Shown here in pieces: positions 27,517-39,841 of a DNA stretch of 64,000 nt (within the stretch, counting starts at the first letter, position 1; the number at the start of each line of letters is the position of its first letter). This DNA is from Camelus dromedarius (taxonomy: Eukaryota), in NCBI RefSeq assembly GCF_036321535.1, contig NC_087437.1:68450001-68514000 (forward strand). The letters are read 5' to 3'. Position numbers and translations under genes: made by a program. The notes beneath the pieces were generated by a model. The model worked only from the letters and a program-made list of their open reading frames with translations. It was not told where the DNA came from and ran no database searches.

Positions 27517-28059
27517 ATCAGTGTAGCTTCCCACGACATCTTCTAGAGAACTGTCCTCAGGCCACTGAAAACAGACCCTACAGCATCATGAAGATGGTAT
27601 TCCTAGTCAAATCTGTAAGACATGATTCTCTGCTAATAAAAGCTTGGCATGGAAGGGCTGAGGATTGGATCAACTTTAGCTCATCCATATAAACTCTTTC
27701 ACAATTTGCTACAATAGCAGTGTCAGAGCCTTGAATTAATGATAGTATTAGAAGAGGGATAGAAGACCGAGAAGGAAAGAGATCAAGGGGGAAGACAGAA
27801 TGGCAGCGACAGATGCAGAGAGGACAGGGTGAAGGGAAATAGAGTTAACGTGGTTGGAGCTGTCTGAACAGCCAATGTGTCTCTTCTCAGAAGAGCAATG
27901 TGCCTCTTAGCTTCTGAGCCGTAGGATTCAAACTCACATGCAAAGGTAAATATGACTCTTACAGAGGAAAGACTGCCTTACGTATTTAGCCTTTACCCCT
28001 CTTCCTCAGCCCAAGTCTCTTAGGAGAAGGCGTCACACAGGAGAAAGGCAGCCCTGAAA

Positions 28060-28460
28060 TCGCTCCACTTTGCGTCATTCGCCGGACCCCACAATCAAAG
28101 CAACTGGAAGGAGTGTTATCTGACGGATAGCATTAACTTTAGTGGCAGGGACCTCGCAGGCACGGAGGAGTGGGGGGAGGTTGGGGGAGATGTGGAGAGG
28201 GCCAGCACAATTGAGACTGCTATTGGATTGGTGGGCTTTTAGCCAGGCCCTGCTGCTTTGGAAGCAAACAGCATCTCCCTGCTTGTAGAGGTAATGGAGC
28301 TGTTAGGACGCTATTCAGGACTAAGAAAAGACCAGAGCACATCATCCCGCAACAATGGGCTATCTCTTAACCTAGTTACAAGGTAAGATAGAGCCCCCTT
28401 CCCACCTGCCCTGGCTCCTAGTACGGTTTTCCCTTGATGGAGCCGTGCACTCCGGAAGTC
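28060..28460 (+). promoter_or_regulatory. Candidate promoter/enhancer with possible first exon
   Basis: Retained CpGs. TTGCGTCAT 28070-28078 (CRE/CEBP-like), ATCAAAG 28094-28100 (TCF/LEF), TTATCT 28116-28121 (GATA), tandem ATTGG 28222-28231, CCGGAAGT 28452-28459 (ETS). Donor AAG/GTAAGA after 28382. Confidence 0.4.
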
Positions 28461-29145
28461 AGGCTGCATAAATCTCCAGGAGAGCAGACAAGGCAGAGGC
28501 AGAGATAGAGGAAAAGGGATGGAATTGCAGCAAAATAGAAAGAATGGACTAGAGTGTAACTGAGAAAATAAAGGAGAGAGAATACTAAGAAAAGGAAAAA
28601 GTACCCAAAAGGCAACAGTCAGGTGAGAGAGAAATAAGAACGGAAAGGGGAATGTAAAGGAAAGGGAGGGGAAGTCAAATGGATCTGAAATGTCTCTGCT
28701 GAGTAAACCCACCTTAACCTCATCATTTATTGGCTGAGTGCCATGCTTTCCTGTTTGCTCTTTGTAACGTAAACAGACCACAGACTCATCTGGTTCTCAA
28801 CAAAGCTGACTGTCACACGGGGGATATGGGTAGACCTGGGCTCGAGGTTTCCCTTTGGAAAGGGTTGAGGGGAATAAAGTTGTTTCCTTTCGATGAAGGA
28901 TGATTTGAAAAGTGTTGGCAGCAAAAATGGCATCTGTTCCTGGGGTTGGGGGAAAAGAGCTTGCTAAGCAGTTCTTTAATAACTCAGGGTACATTTCTTA
29001 ATTCTTTTCTCCAACCTCGAGGGTCCCACAGAGAAGGGCAAAATACTAGAGCAGATAACACAACAGATAGAAGTGTGTTAAGTCAGCCGCAGGTGGAGAT
29101 CAGTGGCCTTGCCGTGAGTTTGGGTTGCAGTGTTGCGCAAGGCGC

Positions 29146-29163
29146 TGCTGCCCTCTAGTCTCC
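29146..29163 (-). promoter_or_regulatory. CTCF-like motif, reverse orientation
   Basis: Minus strand reads GGAGACTAGAGGGCAGCA. The 3' half matches well but the 5' CC is replaced by AG. Confidence 0.45.
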
Positions 29164-31228
29164 ATCAGGATTGCAGACAGTGTCCTTGCTAGTTGTGAAA
29201 AGAGCCTGGTGCTGCCCGGGCATCTCCTCACCTGTAACCTGCAGTGTGGCTGCTCTGTTGAGCTCTTGTCCACTCTCCTTGCATAGCTCTCTTTGGGGGC
29301 TATACACAGAGAAAGAGGAAGGGAGGAGGACAAGGAAGTGAGCAGGGAGCCAAAAGGAGGAAGTACTGAAGGAAAACGTCTTTAACTAAATGTTGTTCTA
29401 TACTGACCACCCACTGAAGAGATGCTGTCGTGTCTTTCTTCTTTCTGGGCGCGCTCCCTAAACTGCCTCTCTCTATGCTGTGTTGACACTTTGCTCCCAG
29501 TTTCTTGTATCTTCCTCTTATTTTTTCTCTCTGTCATTCCACATTTGAGGAGCTTTGTTTATTTAATCTCTGCACAACACACTGTGAAGGATACAAAGTG
29601 GCTGGCAGGGGCTCTGACTTCTAGGAGCTCAGAGTCAAACCGGTGACACAAAACAAATAAACATGAGCCATTTTGCAAACAATAGTCTGATGCTAAGATG
29701 GGTGAGGGAAATAGGAAGCAAAAAGTGCAATTGTATTGTTATTTGTGCTTCTGGCTATGAATGCAACTGCCCACATTTTCAAACTGTTAAGCAGCTTTGG
29801 GCCAAGACTTAAATCCATTTTCACTCAGCCTGCAAAGGACCACCCGGCATTTAATGTGTCAGCAAAAAAGAGGGAAGCTGGTGCATATCCTCCCAAACAC
29901 ATCATCAGGGCCAGGCAGAGCTGTGGAACTCACTTTGAGCTTGTAGGTCTGACTCATGGATGATCCTGTATTTTTAGAAAGAGAAGGTCCTCCATTTTTA
30001 TTTATTCTCCTTCTCTTTTCCGTAAATTAAGAGGAGAAAGAGAAAGAGAGAGGCGAAGAGATGTGTTGCAATGAGCAGGTACAGAGAAAGCATGCATCCC
30101 CACTCACACACGCACACACGCGGATTGGATTGTCTTTGTGGCCACCTACTTGTTTAGCAACCAAGTGTTGTGTTGTGTTCTCTTTGGAGTTACTGACCAG
30201 AGCAAAGACAGGAAATCCAAATTTTCCATAGGAGGCAAGGAAGCCAGTAATATAGCTAGACCAGTGGAGAAAAGAGGTCAAGCAAATTACCTCAGATACA
30301 AATCTTTGGCACTAAGTACAACTGATAGAGCTGAAAAGTGAAAAACACACATCATAAATATCCTGCCATCCCAACTCTGCAAATTTGGATGGCATTATTT
30401 TTGGTATAACTTTGTAAGCATTTCGCTTGACTGCATATACATCAGTCGGTGACCTAATTTTGTCATGCTAGGTGTTGTATATTTCTACCACAGAATTATA
30501 AGTGGGTTGAAATGGTTCACATAAATTACATTTTCCCTCATCCCTCAACAGAACCCAAAATCATTTTTTGAAGATGAGAACATTTGCGTGGTTATGTATC
30601 CCTATTTTATTAATTATAGGCACATCCTTACATAATTCCTAAATTTGACTATTCTGAGGAGGAGGCCTCCTAAGCCCTCTTAGGTAAGGACCAGTATTTT
30701 TTCTTTGTAAAATGTTCAAAACCAAAAAGATCCCTGGAAGGTTTGGTTTTCTTAGACCTATAGCATTTTTCCAAATCCAACAAAGAGCTTCGATAATGAG
30801 ACTGGAAGTTTGTTCTCAGTAGCTGTGCTCATCCGTGCATTTTGCGGTTCACCTGTCAAATCCAGCAGAACAATCCTAGCCTAGGAAACTAAGCTCATCT
30901 CCGCTGTTCCTGCAAGAACGGGCCTCGCCACTTCTGTAGAGGGTCTGCGGGTTAAGCAGCTAAGAGATCAGAATCATCATAATTGGACCCATAAGAATGG
31001 GAGAAAGCCAATGCTTTGCTTTCTCAAGAGTAAGACCAAAAAAAGAAATAGAAGGAAAATAGAGGTTAAGAAATCTCAAGCAAAAATATTTCACTAAAAT
31101 TCACTCGTCTCTCCTTGTCTGAAAAACCTTTATCAAAGCCCATGAGATGTTGTTACCTCTCTATAATGTATTTAGCTTCCAAGTTAATCGTCCTGCCTCT
31201 AATTCAACTGACAGATTGATTTTAGGAT

Positions 31229-31303
31229 ATTAGATAGAACCATATGAAATTACCATTTCAGTAAGGTAAAAATGGTTAAATATCGGCAATTTCATATGGT
31301 TCA
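31229..31303. mobile_element. MADE2-like mariner-derived MITE (palindromic)
   Basis: Perfect 15-bp inverted repeat GAACCATATGAAATT (31237-31251) / AATTTCATATGGTTC (31288-31302). Internal aaaatgg..aatatcggcaattt matches recalled MADE2. Confidence 0.8.
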
Positions 31304-31813
31304 TTTGGCTTCTTTACTTATTTCAATATATTTCTTCCTTGTGCAAAAGTCTATAATGTCTCATTAATACCTTATGGGTTGAAACAAAAAATCTGAAACG
31401 TGGAATCCATGCTCCTCTTCCTGTACAGCTATCATGCCTCCCTGTCCTTTAGCCAAGAAGGACCTTCCCCACAGCAGCTTCTCTCTGTATACACTGCAAA
31501 CTCTGTCTCCAGAATGTTCATTTAAAAAATATCTTTCTTTTCTCTTATAATTCTTCATCCCTTCTATATGCTCTACAAATTCCAAGCTTCCTTCAGGTAC
31601 CTGTGCACAACCTACATTAAGCAAGTTTCCCTGAAATTCATACTTCACTGAAACTCCCTTTCCCAGAATATCCCTTCAAGTATATGATTATGCTTAGCTC
31701 AAAGGTGTCACACGCACAGATACCGACTGTTAGCAGACCACATTATTTCAGTTGTGGGTGCCTTCTGTATGCCTGACTGAGCCTAAAACACTTCCGGGAT
31801 AAAAATGCCTTAG

Positions 31814-31821
31814 TCTGTCTG

Positions 31822-31891
<70 letters not shown>

Positions 31892-32036
31892 TTTCTTTGT
31901 TCCTTTCTTTTCTTCCTTTCTTCCTTCCTTCCTTCCTTTCTTTCTTTCTTTCTTTCTTTCCTTTCTTTCCTTTCTTTTCTTTCTTTTCTTTCTCTCTCTC
32001 TCTCTCTCCCTCTCTCTTTCTTCCTTCCTTCCTTCC
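31814..32036. repeat. Compound microsatellite (GTCT)n(TTTC)n(TTCC)n(TC)n
   Basis: About 220-bp polypyrimidine tandem tract. It explains the K/E/R-rich ORFs at 31748-32334. Confidence 0.97.
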
Positions 32037-32459
32037 ATTTATTTATATGTATGTTTATATATTTATTTATTTGCCCCCCAAATACTTGGAATAGGTCTGA
32101 GACAGCAAAGCAGACCATGCTAGTAAAATCAACCCTTCTCTGACAGTTTTCTTTCTGTGTAGTCACCACGAAACACCAGTCTAGACCCTCTGAACAGCCT
32201 TTAAATAACAGCTTCCCTTCCAACTCTCTGGGCTGGCAGTTTGTGAATATACGTTGTCCCAGTAAGTATGGGTTATGGGTCATAAAAGAAAGAAAAATAA
32301 CACAACAGCAATCAGCCAGACTCTCCTTCCTCACCCTACCTCCAGCGCTGATTGTTCCAAACCATTACTTACCCTATCCGTGTGTGTTAGTAAAGTGTCT
32401 GGCTAAAGACACATGCCAGGCACACAGGAGATGACTGTTATTGGAGAAGATTACACATC

Positions 32460-32830
32460 ACCATAACAATAAAAGGCAAAAAGCTAATAAGTGTGTATTA
32501 CGTGCCAGGTAAGCTCTTTAAAAGCCTTATCTCATTGAGTCCTCAGCAACCCTGTGAAGTCTGCGCACTTTGACCACTGAGGAAATTGAGGTAGAGATGG
32601 TTAAGCAACTTGCCTAGTTCAATCATTTAGGAAGTGGTGGTGCCTAAAGCAGGTACCAGCACTGTCTCATTCTATAGCGTGTTCTTCTGAAGCTGGGAAG
32701 ATCTTTATCTAACAGAGAGTCCCACTCCAAGCTAAATGACTTGCCCAGGATCACACAGCTGCTCACTGGCTGGCAGAGGACTGAAACACAATTGCTTCAC
32801 TTCCAGCTGACTCCTAACCCAGTGCCGTTC
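32460..32830 (-). mobile_element. Two adjacent MIR fragments
   Basis: ctcattgagtcctcagcaaccctgtgaag...gaggaaattgagg...ggttaagcaacttgcc, then gacttgcccaggatcacacagctg. Confidence 0.7.
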
Positions 32831-33558
32831 CAACTGAACTCCACTGTGGTTCACGAACAAGATGAGAAGAGTGAAGTCCCGGAGGTGGAGAAGGAGTTCT
32901 ATTTTGGCTTCATGGATAAATGGTTCATTATTTTTAAAACTCCACTCTTGAGCCATTGCTTTCTTTAGATGATAGGAGAAATCTTGCCTTAACAGTAGGA
33001 AAAATAGAAAATGGGAAAGACGAGGCTCTATTCTGTACCTGGCCTTGCTTTTCTCTTGGAGCTGCTTCAGGTTATAAATATGCACTATTCATACGTAATT
33101 TTTCCACTGTGGGTGTGGGTGTCCAGAGGCCTTTCAGGGAGTGGTGAAAACTGTCCTCAGCTGGAATTTCTCCAAATGTAATGGTAATTTGCTGTACAAG
33201 TGATTTTGATGCAATTCGTGTTTCCAGAGGACTGGGGAAAGTAGAAGTGTTTTTTAAGACAGACAGTATGGAGGAGACAGGAATTGAGTAGCCCTGATAT
33301 GTAGCTTAGTGAGATTTTTACTAGTCAAAAACAAACAAAAACCACTCAAACTAAGAACAGACTCTCATCGTAATACTGGCTTTGGTTGCTGTTCTTGGTT
33401 CTGATTGCTTGTGGACTACTCTGACTTAGACTCATTCATTTATTCATTTTATTTATTTGTTTATTTATTTTTAAACTTTTCCTGGATCTTGAAAATGAAG
33501 CTGACCCTACAGCTCTTCCGTTTTTCTGGTTCTTAAGAAGAGGGGTCAAAGCTCCTAC

Positions 33559-34417
33559 TGAGGAAAATATATCTCCTTTTCTCTCACACTCTTCTGCAAC
33601 ACAACTTTACTTCTGACCCCAGACCTGAAGGCTTTCCACATACCTAGCAACCCTGCAACACCAGCCGGGTGTCCTACAGTTCAACTCAATTCTGACACTG
33701 TGTTCTCAGAGATAGCGTCCAATCCCACAGGTTAAGGGCTCAGTCCTAATAGCTCCCTCCCCCAACTTTAGGTGCCAATCACAAGTCCAGGTTGTTTCCT
33801 GTGTTTCTGAACCCACCAACTAGAGATCAGAGAATCCCATGATCCTCTCCTCAAGTTTGATTAATTTGCTAGAGCAGCTTACAGAAAGCAGGAAAATATT
33901 TTTCTGATTAGGTTACTCCTGTCCGATTAAAGGCCATAACTCAGCAACAGCTGGATGGAATAGAACGTAACAAGGTATGTGGAAAGGGGTGTGGAGTTTC
34001 CATGCCCTCTCCCCAAATCTCCACATGTTCACCAACCTGGAAGCTCTCCGAATCCTGTCTTTTTTGCTTTTTATGGAGGTTTTATAACAGGCTTGATTGA
34101 TTAGATCATTGGTCGTTGGTGAATGAACCCGATCTCCAGTCCCTCTCCTTCCCCAGAGACCAGGGGTGGGGCTAAAAGTTCCAAACTGCCAATCATCTGA
34201 TGGTTCCCTGGCAACCAGCCTTCACATTTAGGGAGGATCGTAAAGTCACATCATTAACATAAAGTCAGGTGTGGTTGAAAGGGCCATGTTATGAATAATA
34301 AGACATCTTTATTGCTCTTGTTGTCCCTTAGGAAATTCCAAGGGTTTTAGGAGCTCTGTGCCAGAAATAGGGGTGAAAACCAAATATATATTTCTAATTA
34401 TAAATCATAATATCATG
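33559..34417 (-). mobile_element. MER21-family ERV solo LTR
   Basis: ccagccgggtgtcctacagttcaactcaattctgacact...cccacaggttaagggctcagtcc...ggaaattccaagggttttaggagctctgtgccagaaa...ccaaatatatatttctaattataaatcataatatca matches the recalled reverse-complement MER21 consensus. Confidence 0.8.
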
Positions 34418-36581
34418 GCTCTCATACCACTCCTACTGCCCACGCTCCACCCCGCCCTGCTCAGTTCTCCCTGGCGTCCAGCTGTCAGCACGTGTCACTG
34501 GCCTGTTTCATTCTCTGATTTGCTCTCTTCCCTTCTTCATGTCATGCTCTCTTCTTTTCTCTGCTTCCCTCTCTTAGTTCAAGCCGCTGGCGAAAAAGAT
34601 ACCACAAAAATATAAGCATAGCTAAGTGTTTCAGGGAGTTAACATTGTTTCTTGAACGTTATGTTCTATTCCTAATTTTTTGCAACAAATGCTATGGAAA
34701 GCCAGTTGATAGACTTTTTTTTTTTTTTTTTCATCTATAAAGTGGGGTCACAGTGCTGGTCTTGTTCTTAAGAGATCACTGTGGTATGTTACACCCTGGA
34801 AACAAAGACCGTGTCAGCGAAGGGCTGCACCAGTTACACTTGGTGCCTGAGCTGAGCCAGTGGGCAGTGAGGTGCACAAGGCGATGAGGCCATGCCTGGC
34901 TGTGATGACCAGTGCCCTAATGAGATTTCCTACAATGAACACAGATCCAGCATTTTGTTTTATTTCATTTTAATTGAAAGCTTAGGAAACGCTTCATGCT
35001 TCATAAACGTTCTGTTATTTTCAGATCAATCTACTATACTGGAAAGCTTAATAAACAAATAGATAATGGTCCTACTGAGCTGTTCAGCATTCTTTATTCA
35101 CATCTCACCAGCTTCATGCTCTGCCTGTGGAATTGCATTTCTTGGTTTTTGTTTGTTTGTTTTTTCAGACATTAATTTTCAGAAAGAAGTGATCTGCTGT
35201 AGGAAAGGGTGGTAAAGACCAGAGCAACCTCCTTCTAAGCTACTTTATGTTTTGTTGGTTTTGAGTTATATCTAATGTCCCATGGTTAACTCTTTTTTTT
35301 TTTTTTTTCTTGTAGTTAGTAACCAGGGCTGGATTGTTCTCTCCATTCAGGCTTTTGTATTGGTTTGTTTTGTTGTTTTTAAAGAAAGCGGTAGAAGTCT
35401 TCTTGGAAATGTCTGCCTCCAGACATGTGTGCAATGTGTCATTTTGTTGGTTATTTTCAACTGGCCCAATGCAGGTGTCGTGTGAGCTGTGACTAACAGA
35501 AAGCAGACCTGTAGGTGTCTCACGATTCTGCCATGTTGTCCTCCGTGCCTTGCTGCCTCCACATATTCCACCTTGAAAAGTTTGAAACATAATGAAAGGA
35601 AAGAGATTAAATGTACAAAATGGGTTGCCATTGGTAATATTGACTACCAGATGGGAGATCCCAAATAAATTCTGCTCTCATTCCAGTTAGAGAGAGTTAG
35701 TGGTAAAAACCCAGCTATTTCCTCAAAGTCCCTGGGAAGGAAACTCTTGAGCATGAGAGAGAGGAAAATGATGGCTCCTTGAGTATGGAAACTATATTTT
35801 ATTTAGTATTTCTCAAAAGCAAAGAACTTAGAACAGTGTCTGGTACATTGTAAATACCCGCAAAATCGGACAATGATGGTGCAGATGTGTATCCCATGCG
35901 TCTAGCCTGGATGTAGCACATAGCAACTACTTGTTAAATAATTGTTACATTGTTAAACATGAATAAATGAATAGTTTTATTCCCTGCAAATCCCGAAAAA
36001 GTGGTAGGCAGTTTCAATGTTGCCTTTACTCCTCTAGGTAGATCTTCTTGAGCCCCACACTCCAGAGCTTCACTCACATCCTGCTGGCCCATTAGAACCA
36101 CATTTAAGACACTGAAAGATTCTCGAGACTCAGGACAGCTCCTTGCCTCAGGGACGTCATTCAGATACAAGGGCCCGAGTCTTATGTGTGATAACCCAGA
36201 ACCTGGGACATGGTCCTTAGAGCTCCTTGCCTTCCGTTCATATTTAAATGATTAGAATTTGACATTTTCAACCTGACATGAGTAAGAAAAATTTCAAGGG
36301 CAGGAAAAAGAGAAATAAATGGGGAGAACCAAGATCGAGAGAAAACATGCATTATTTCTCTTACGAGTTGGAGACTGAAATCATCTCTGTGCATCTATGG
36401 CTTGTCTAATGGTTGCTTGTTTATGCCATGAGATGTTTGCAGACTGAGATCATAGATGATTTAGTAGACTCCAGGACATGTAGCAGGCTGTCTGGATTGA
36501 TAGATGGGAAATCTCAGGGAAAGAGAGCCAAAATATAAATACAAAGAAAAAGGTGAATTAAAATTTCAAAAGTAAAATTAG

Positions 36582-36801
36582 GAGTTTGGGATTAGTAGAT
36601 ACACACTACTCTATATAAAATAGATAAACAGCAAGGTCCTACTGTATAGCACAGGGAACTATATTTGATATCTTGTAATAACCTAGAATGAAAAGAATAT
36701 GAAAAAGAATGTATATGTATAACTGAATCACTATGCTGTACAGCAGAATCTAACACATTGTAAATCAACTAGACTTTAATAAAATAATACATTTTTAAAA
36801 A
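36582..36801 (+). mobile_element. Short LINE-1 3' UTR insertion
   Basis: gataaacagcaaggtcctactgtatagcacagggaactata...ataactgaatcactatgctgtac. Perfect 17-bp TSD TTCAAAAGTAAAATTAG at 36565-36581 and 36802-36818. Confidence 0.92.
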
Positions 36802-37553
36802 TTCAAAAGTAAAATTAGAAGTGGCTAGAGCTGAAAATGCTACTGACAAAGCCGAGGGCCTTGATTGCCTAGACAGTCCCATGATTCATGATTTCTACTT
36901 GTCACCCATTTCCGTATGAAAAGACATGTGGTCAGATTGCACAGGATAGCTGCATTACACTGGACTGTGCTACGACATGCTGTCTTTCCCTGCTCTCTTT
37001 TTATTTAAGAACAGTAAGTAGAAAAGAGATGAATAGGAGAAACAGATGAGAGCATGCCTTTAGTTTAATGTGTTCCTGATAAGTGACTTCGGATTTTCCT
37101 CCATAGAAAAACCCCATTGGCCCATCTCAGATGTACTTGGAAACTGGGTGCTAGATACATTCTTTTGGCCTAATGTTTAAAGGAACTACAGCACCTAGAG
37201 GAAACAGAAAAGGAGATTCTTGCTAGAGCCGTGGGTAAATGCATCCACTTCACACACACAGCTCAAGCAAGTATAAGCAAGGAGAATGAGGAGGGGTGGA
37301 GAGGCAGAAGCTGGAGGAATGGGCATACTGGCAGCTCTCTAAGTGTGTCTGATCTTCAGTGACTGCTTGAGGTGAGCATCCGTACATGTTGATGTTCAGG
37401 GTGTGCATGAGGAGGGATGGTAGGTTCAAGACTGCCTCGGCCTTGAGCTGTATGGTGCACTTGTCAGACATGTGGCTATGTGTGGGCCCGCTGTCAGCAT
37501 ATGACATCATAGCAAGAGATCAGAGGGAAATGAATGAGGTTCTGCCTTTACTC

Positions 37554-37918
37554 TTTTTTTTGAATTTTTTTTGAAGTATAGTCAGTTTACAATGTTGTGT
37601 CAATCTCTGGTTTACAGCATACTGTTTTAGTCATACATATACTTACATGTATTCCTTTTCATATTCTTATTCATTATAGATTACTACAAGATATTGAATA
37701 TAGTTCCCTGTGCTATATTGTAGAAGTTTGTTATTTACCTAATTTATATCTAGTGGTTAGTATACAGATGACTGGATAACGAAGCTGCAGTATATTTATA
37801 CAATGGAATACTACTCAGCTATAAAAAAAAGAATAAAATAATGCCATTTGCAGCAACATGGATGGGCCTGGAGATCATCATTCTAAGTGAAGTTAAGCCA
37901 GAAAGAGAAAGGAAAATA
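37554..37918 (-). mobile_element. LINE-1 with 5' inversion (twin priming)
   Basis: Poly(T) plus antisense L1 3' UTR (37554-37763) is fused directly to a sense-orientation ORF2-end segment (37764-37918, acagatgactggata...gaaagagaaagg). Confidence 0.88.
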
Positions 37919-38429
37919 CTACCTTTGCTTGTGTTTCTCCACTAATTAAGTACAAAAGTGCTCTCAACCATGTGTTAGCAGTCACGGTACAGATCTCACC
38001 AGTGAAAGATGCTGTGCAGTTTCTCACAAAAGCCAAGTAAGAACAGTAGGCGGGGAGAAACTTATAGTAAATCTCCTCATTAATGAAAATCTGGTTTTAA
38101 GGCGATTTGCTTTGGTTCACAGCTCATTTTCAAGATCAAGATTAATATTAATTGTAAATTTATGGAAAGTGGATATACTTAAGAAACAGCAGATTCTCTG
38201 TGAATCAGTGTGTATGTCCTCTGGGGATATAAGACTTGGAAGGACTGGCTTTCATGGCAGTTTGTAGAACTGGCGTGATTATGGCCTCAGCATGCATTCT
38301 TGATGTCTGGAACAGCTGCATGCTTCTAAAGGTTTGCATCTTGAAGTTGAGATGGAATGCTCTGGGCATTGTGAAGATTTGCATCAGGAGTTCAGCAAAG
38401 CTCACATCTTCGTGTACTCTGTGATCGTA

Positions 38430-38640
38430 ATAACAGCTATGTTCACAGTAAATACATTTTAAGCACTTAATGCGTGCAAGGCACTGTTTCACTCATTTAA
38501 TCCTCATGATAAGTTAGATTTTATTATCTGTGTTTTAGAGAAGAGAATATGACCCACTGAAAGGTTAAGAAACTTTCCCAAGGGGCATCAGCTAGTAAGT
38601 GGAAGAGGTCAGTCTGGTTCCCAGGTCTGTATGATCAAAC
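38430..38640 (-). mobile_element. MIR SINE
   Basis: ctcatttaatcctcatg...aaggttaagaaactttcccaagg..catcagctagtaagtgg. Confidence 0.7.
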
Positions 38641-38776
38641 ACAGGGCCAGCCTGCCTATACATGCACACTGGAACTTGTATAAAAGGTCGAGGAGTAGTG
38701 AGTTGCGTGCGTAAATTAGATCCATGCAAAGAATACTTAGTCAATATAGCCAGCTACAAGAGCTATGTAACACATA

Positions 38777-38968
38777 CCAGATTTCGTCAATTCTAAGACC
38801 ACATACATTTTATTCACAAGTTAATATTTCTAAAATTGAATTATATCTTAGAGTTGATAAGATAGCATCCTATTATAATTGAATTGGTCGTATATGTTTC
38901 TTTCTTAGTGACTCATAAAATAACAGTGCATCTTATAGTCCATACCATCTATTGTCAGTAAAATACAG
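38777..38968. mobile_element. MER104-like TcMar MITE
   Basis: ccagatttcgtcaattctaaga...ttctttcttagtgactcataaaataacagtgcatcttatagtc...aaaatacag resembles the recalled MER104 consensus, with degenerate terminal inverted repeats. Confidence 0.6.
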
Positions 38969-39822
38969 AAGGTAGTTTTGAATGCCCGTGTACAGTAAAT
39001 TAAGGGGTAGTATTTACATGCAGATGAAAGGATGCTAGTAGCTATGTATATGTTTGTTTTCTGTCTAAAGTTCAGTACATCTGCTCTGACTCAAAAAAAA
39101 AAAAAAAAAAAAAAGGAGGATACATGACTCCTCCAGAACAGGGTCCACAAGACAAGGTAGCAAACGTGAATATCATTAAGAAAAGCAGAGTGCAAAATGA
39201 GGGCTAAAGTTGATAATTAACCTACAATGTGTAAAGAACAGATAAATGCATAGTAGGAAATGAGCAAAGAGGGAGTGACTATTTCATAAAGTTTAGGGGT
39301 GGGAATCAAGTTTACCCCAGTCAGATTCCCAGCTCTGTTGTTTTAAACACAAGTGCACAAGTTGCGGTCCCACAGGTGAGCCCTGTCCTAGAGGACATGT
39401 GTGTCCTGTTCTTCGAGTCAGGGCTCGTGCATCTAACTGCAGCCAGAAGACAGACATAGACAAGTCTACCAATATTCTTTATTCATATTTACATATTTCC
39501 TAACCCCTAGAGGCCTCAGTTTCCTAATGGAGGAAGTAGGGAAAAGAAATCCACCTTTGAAATGTTTTCCTAAGCACAAACAAAAACGTGTATGCAAAGT
39601 TCCTGGCACATGGTGAAGTGCTCACTGAAATAAGGTGGGGGTTATTTATTTATTTAATTTATTTGCTAAGGAGGCTATATCGGAAGCATCATAGTCTGAC
39701 TCTGTGCCTTCTTATGGTTATTGTTGAAAGGAATCTGATGTTTCATTTTACTGCTACTGGCAGTATCCTTGAGGCATGAATCCCCTGCCACCCTGAGTGT
39801 CATTACCATGGGCAACAACAGC

Positions 39823-39841
39823 TTTCCACAAGAGGGCGCTA
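39823..39841 (+). promoter_or_regulatory. CTCF core motif, forward orientation
   Basis: TTTCCACAAGAGGGCGCTA closely matches CCASYAGRKGGCGCTA and retains its CpG. Confidence 0.65.

Noticed and set aside
31748..32334. K/E/R-rich ORFs
   Set aside because: They are translations of the (TTTC)n/(TTCC)n microsatellite.
35509..35571. Minus-strand 63-nt exon candidate (VEYVEAARHGGQHGRIVRHLQ)
   Set aside because: The acceptor is plausible but the donor GTCTGC is weak and the peptide is unrecognised. Not supportable without transcript data.
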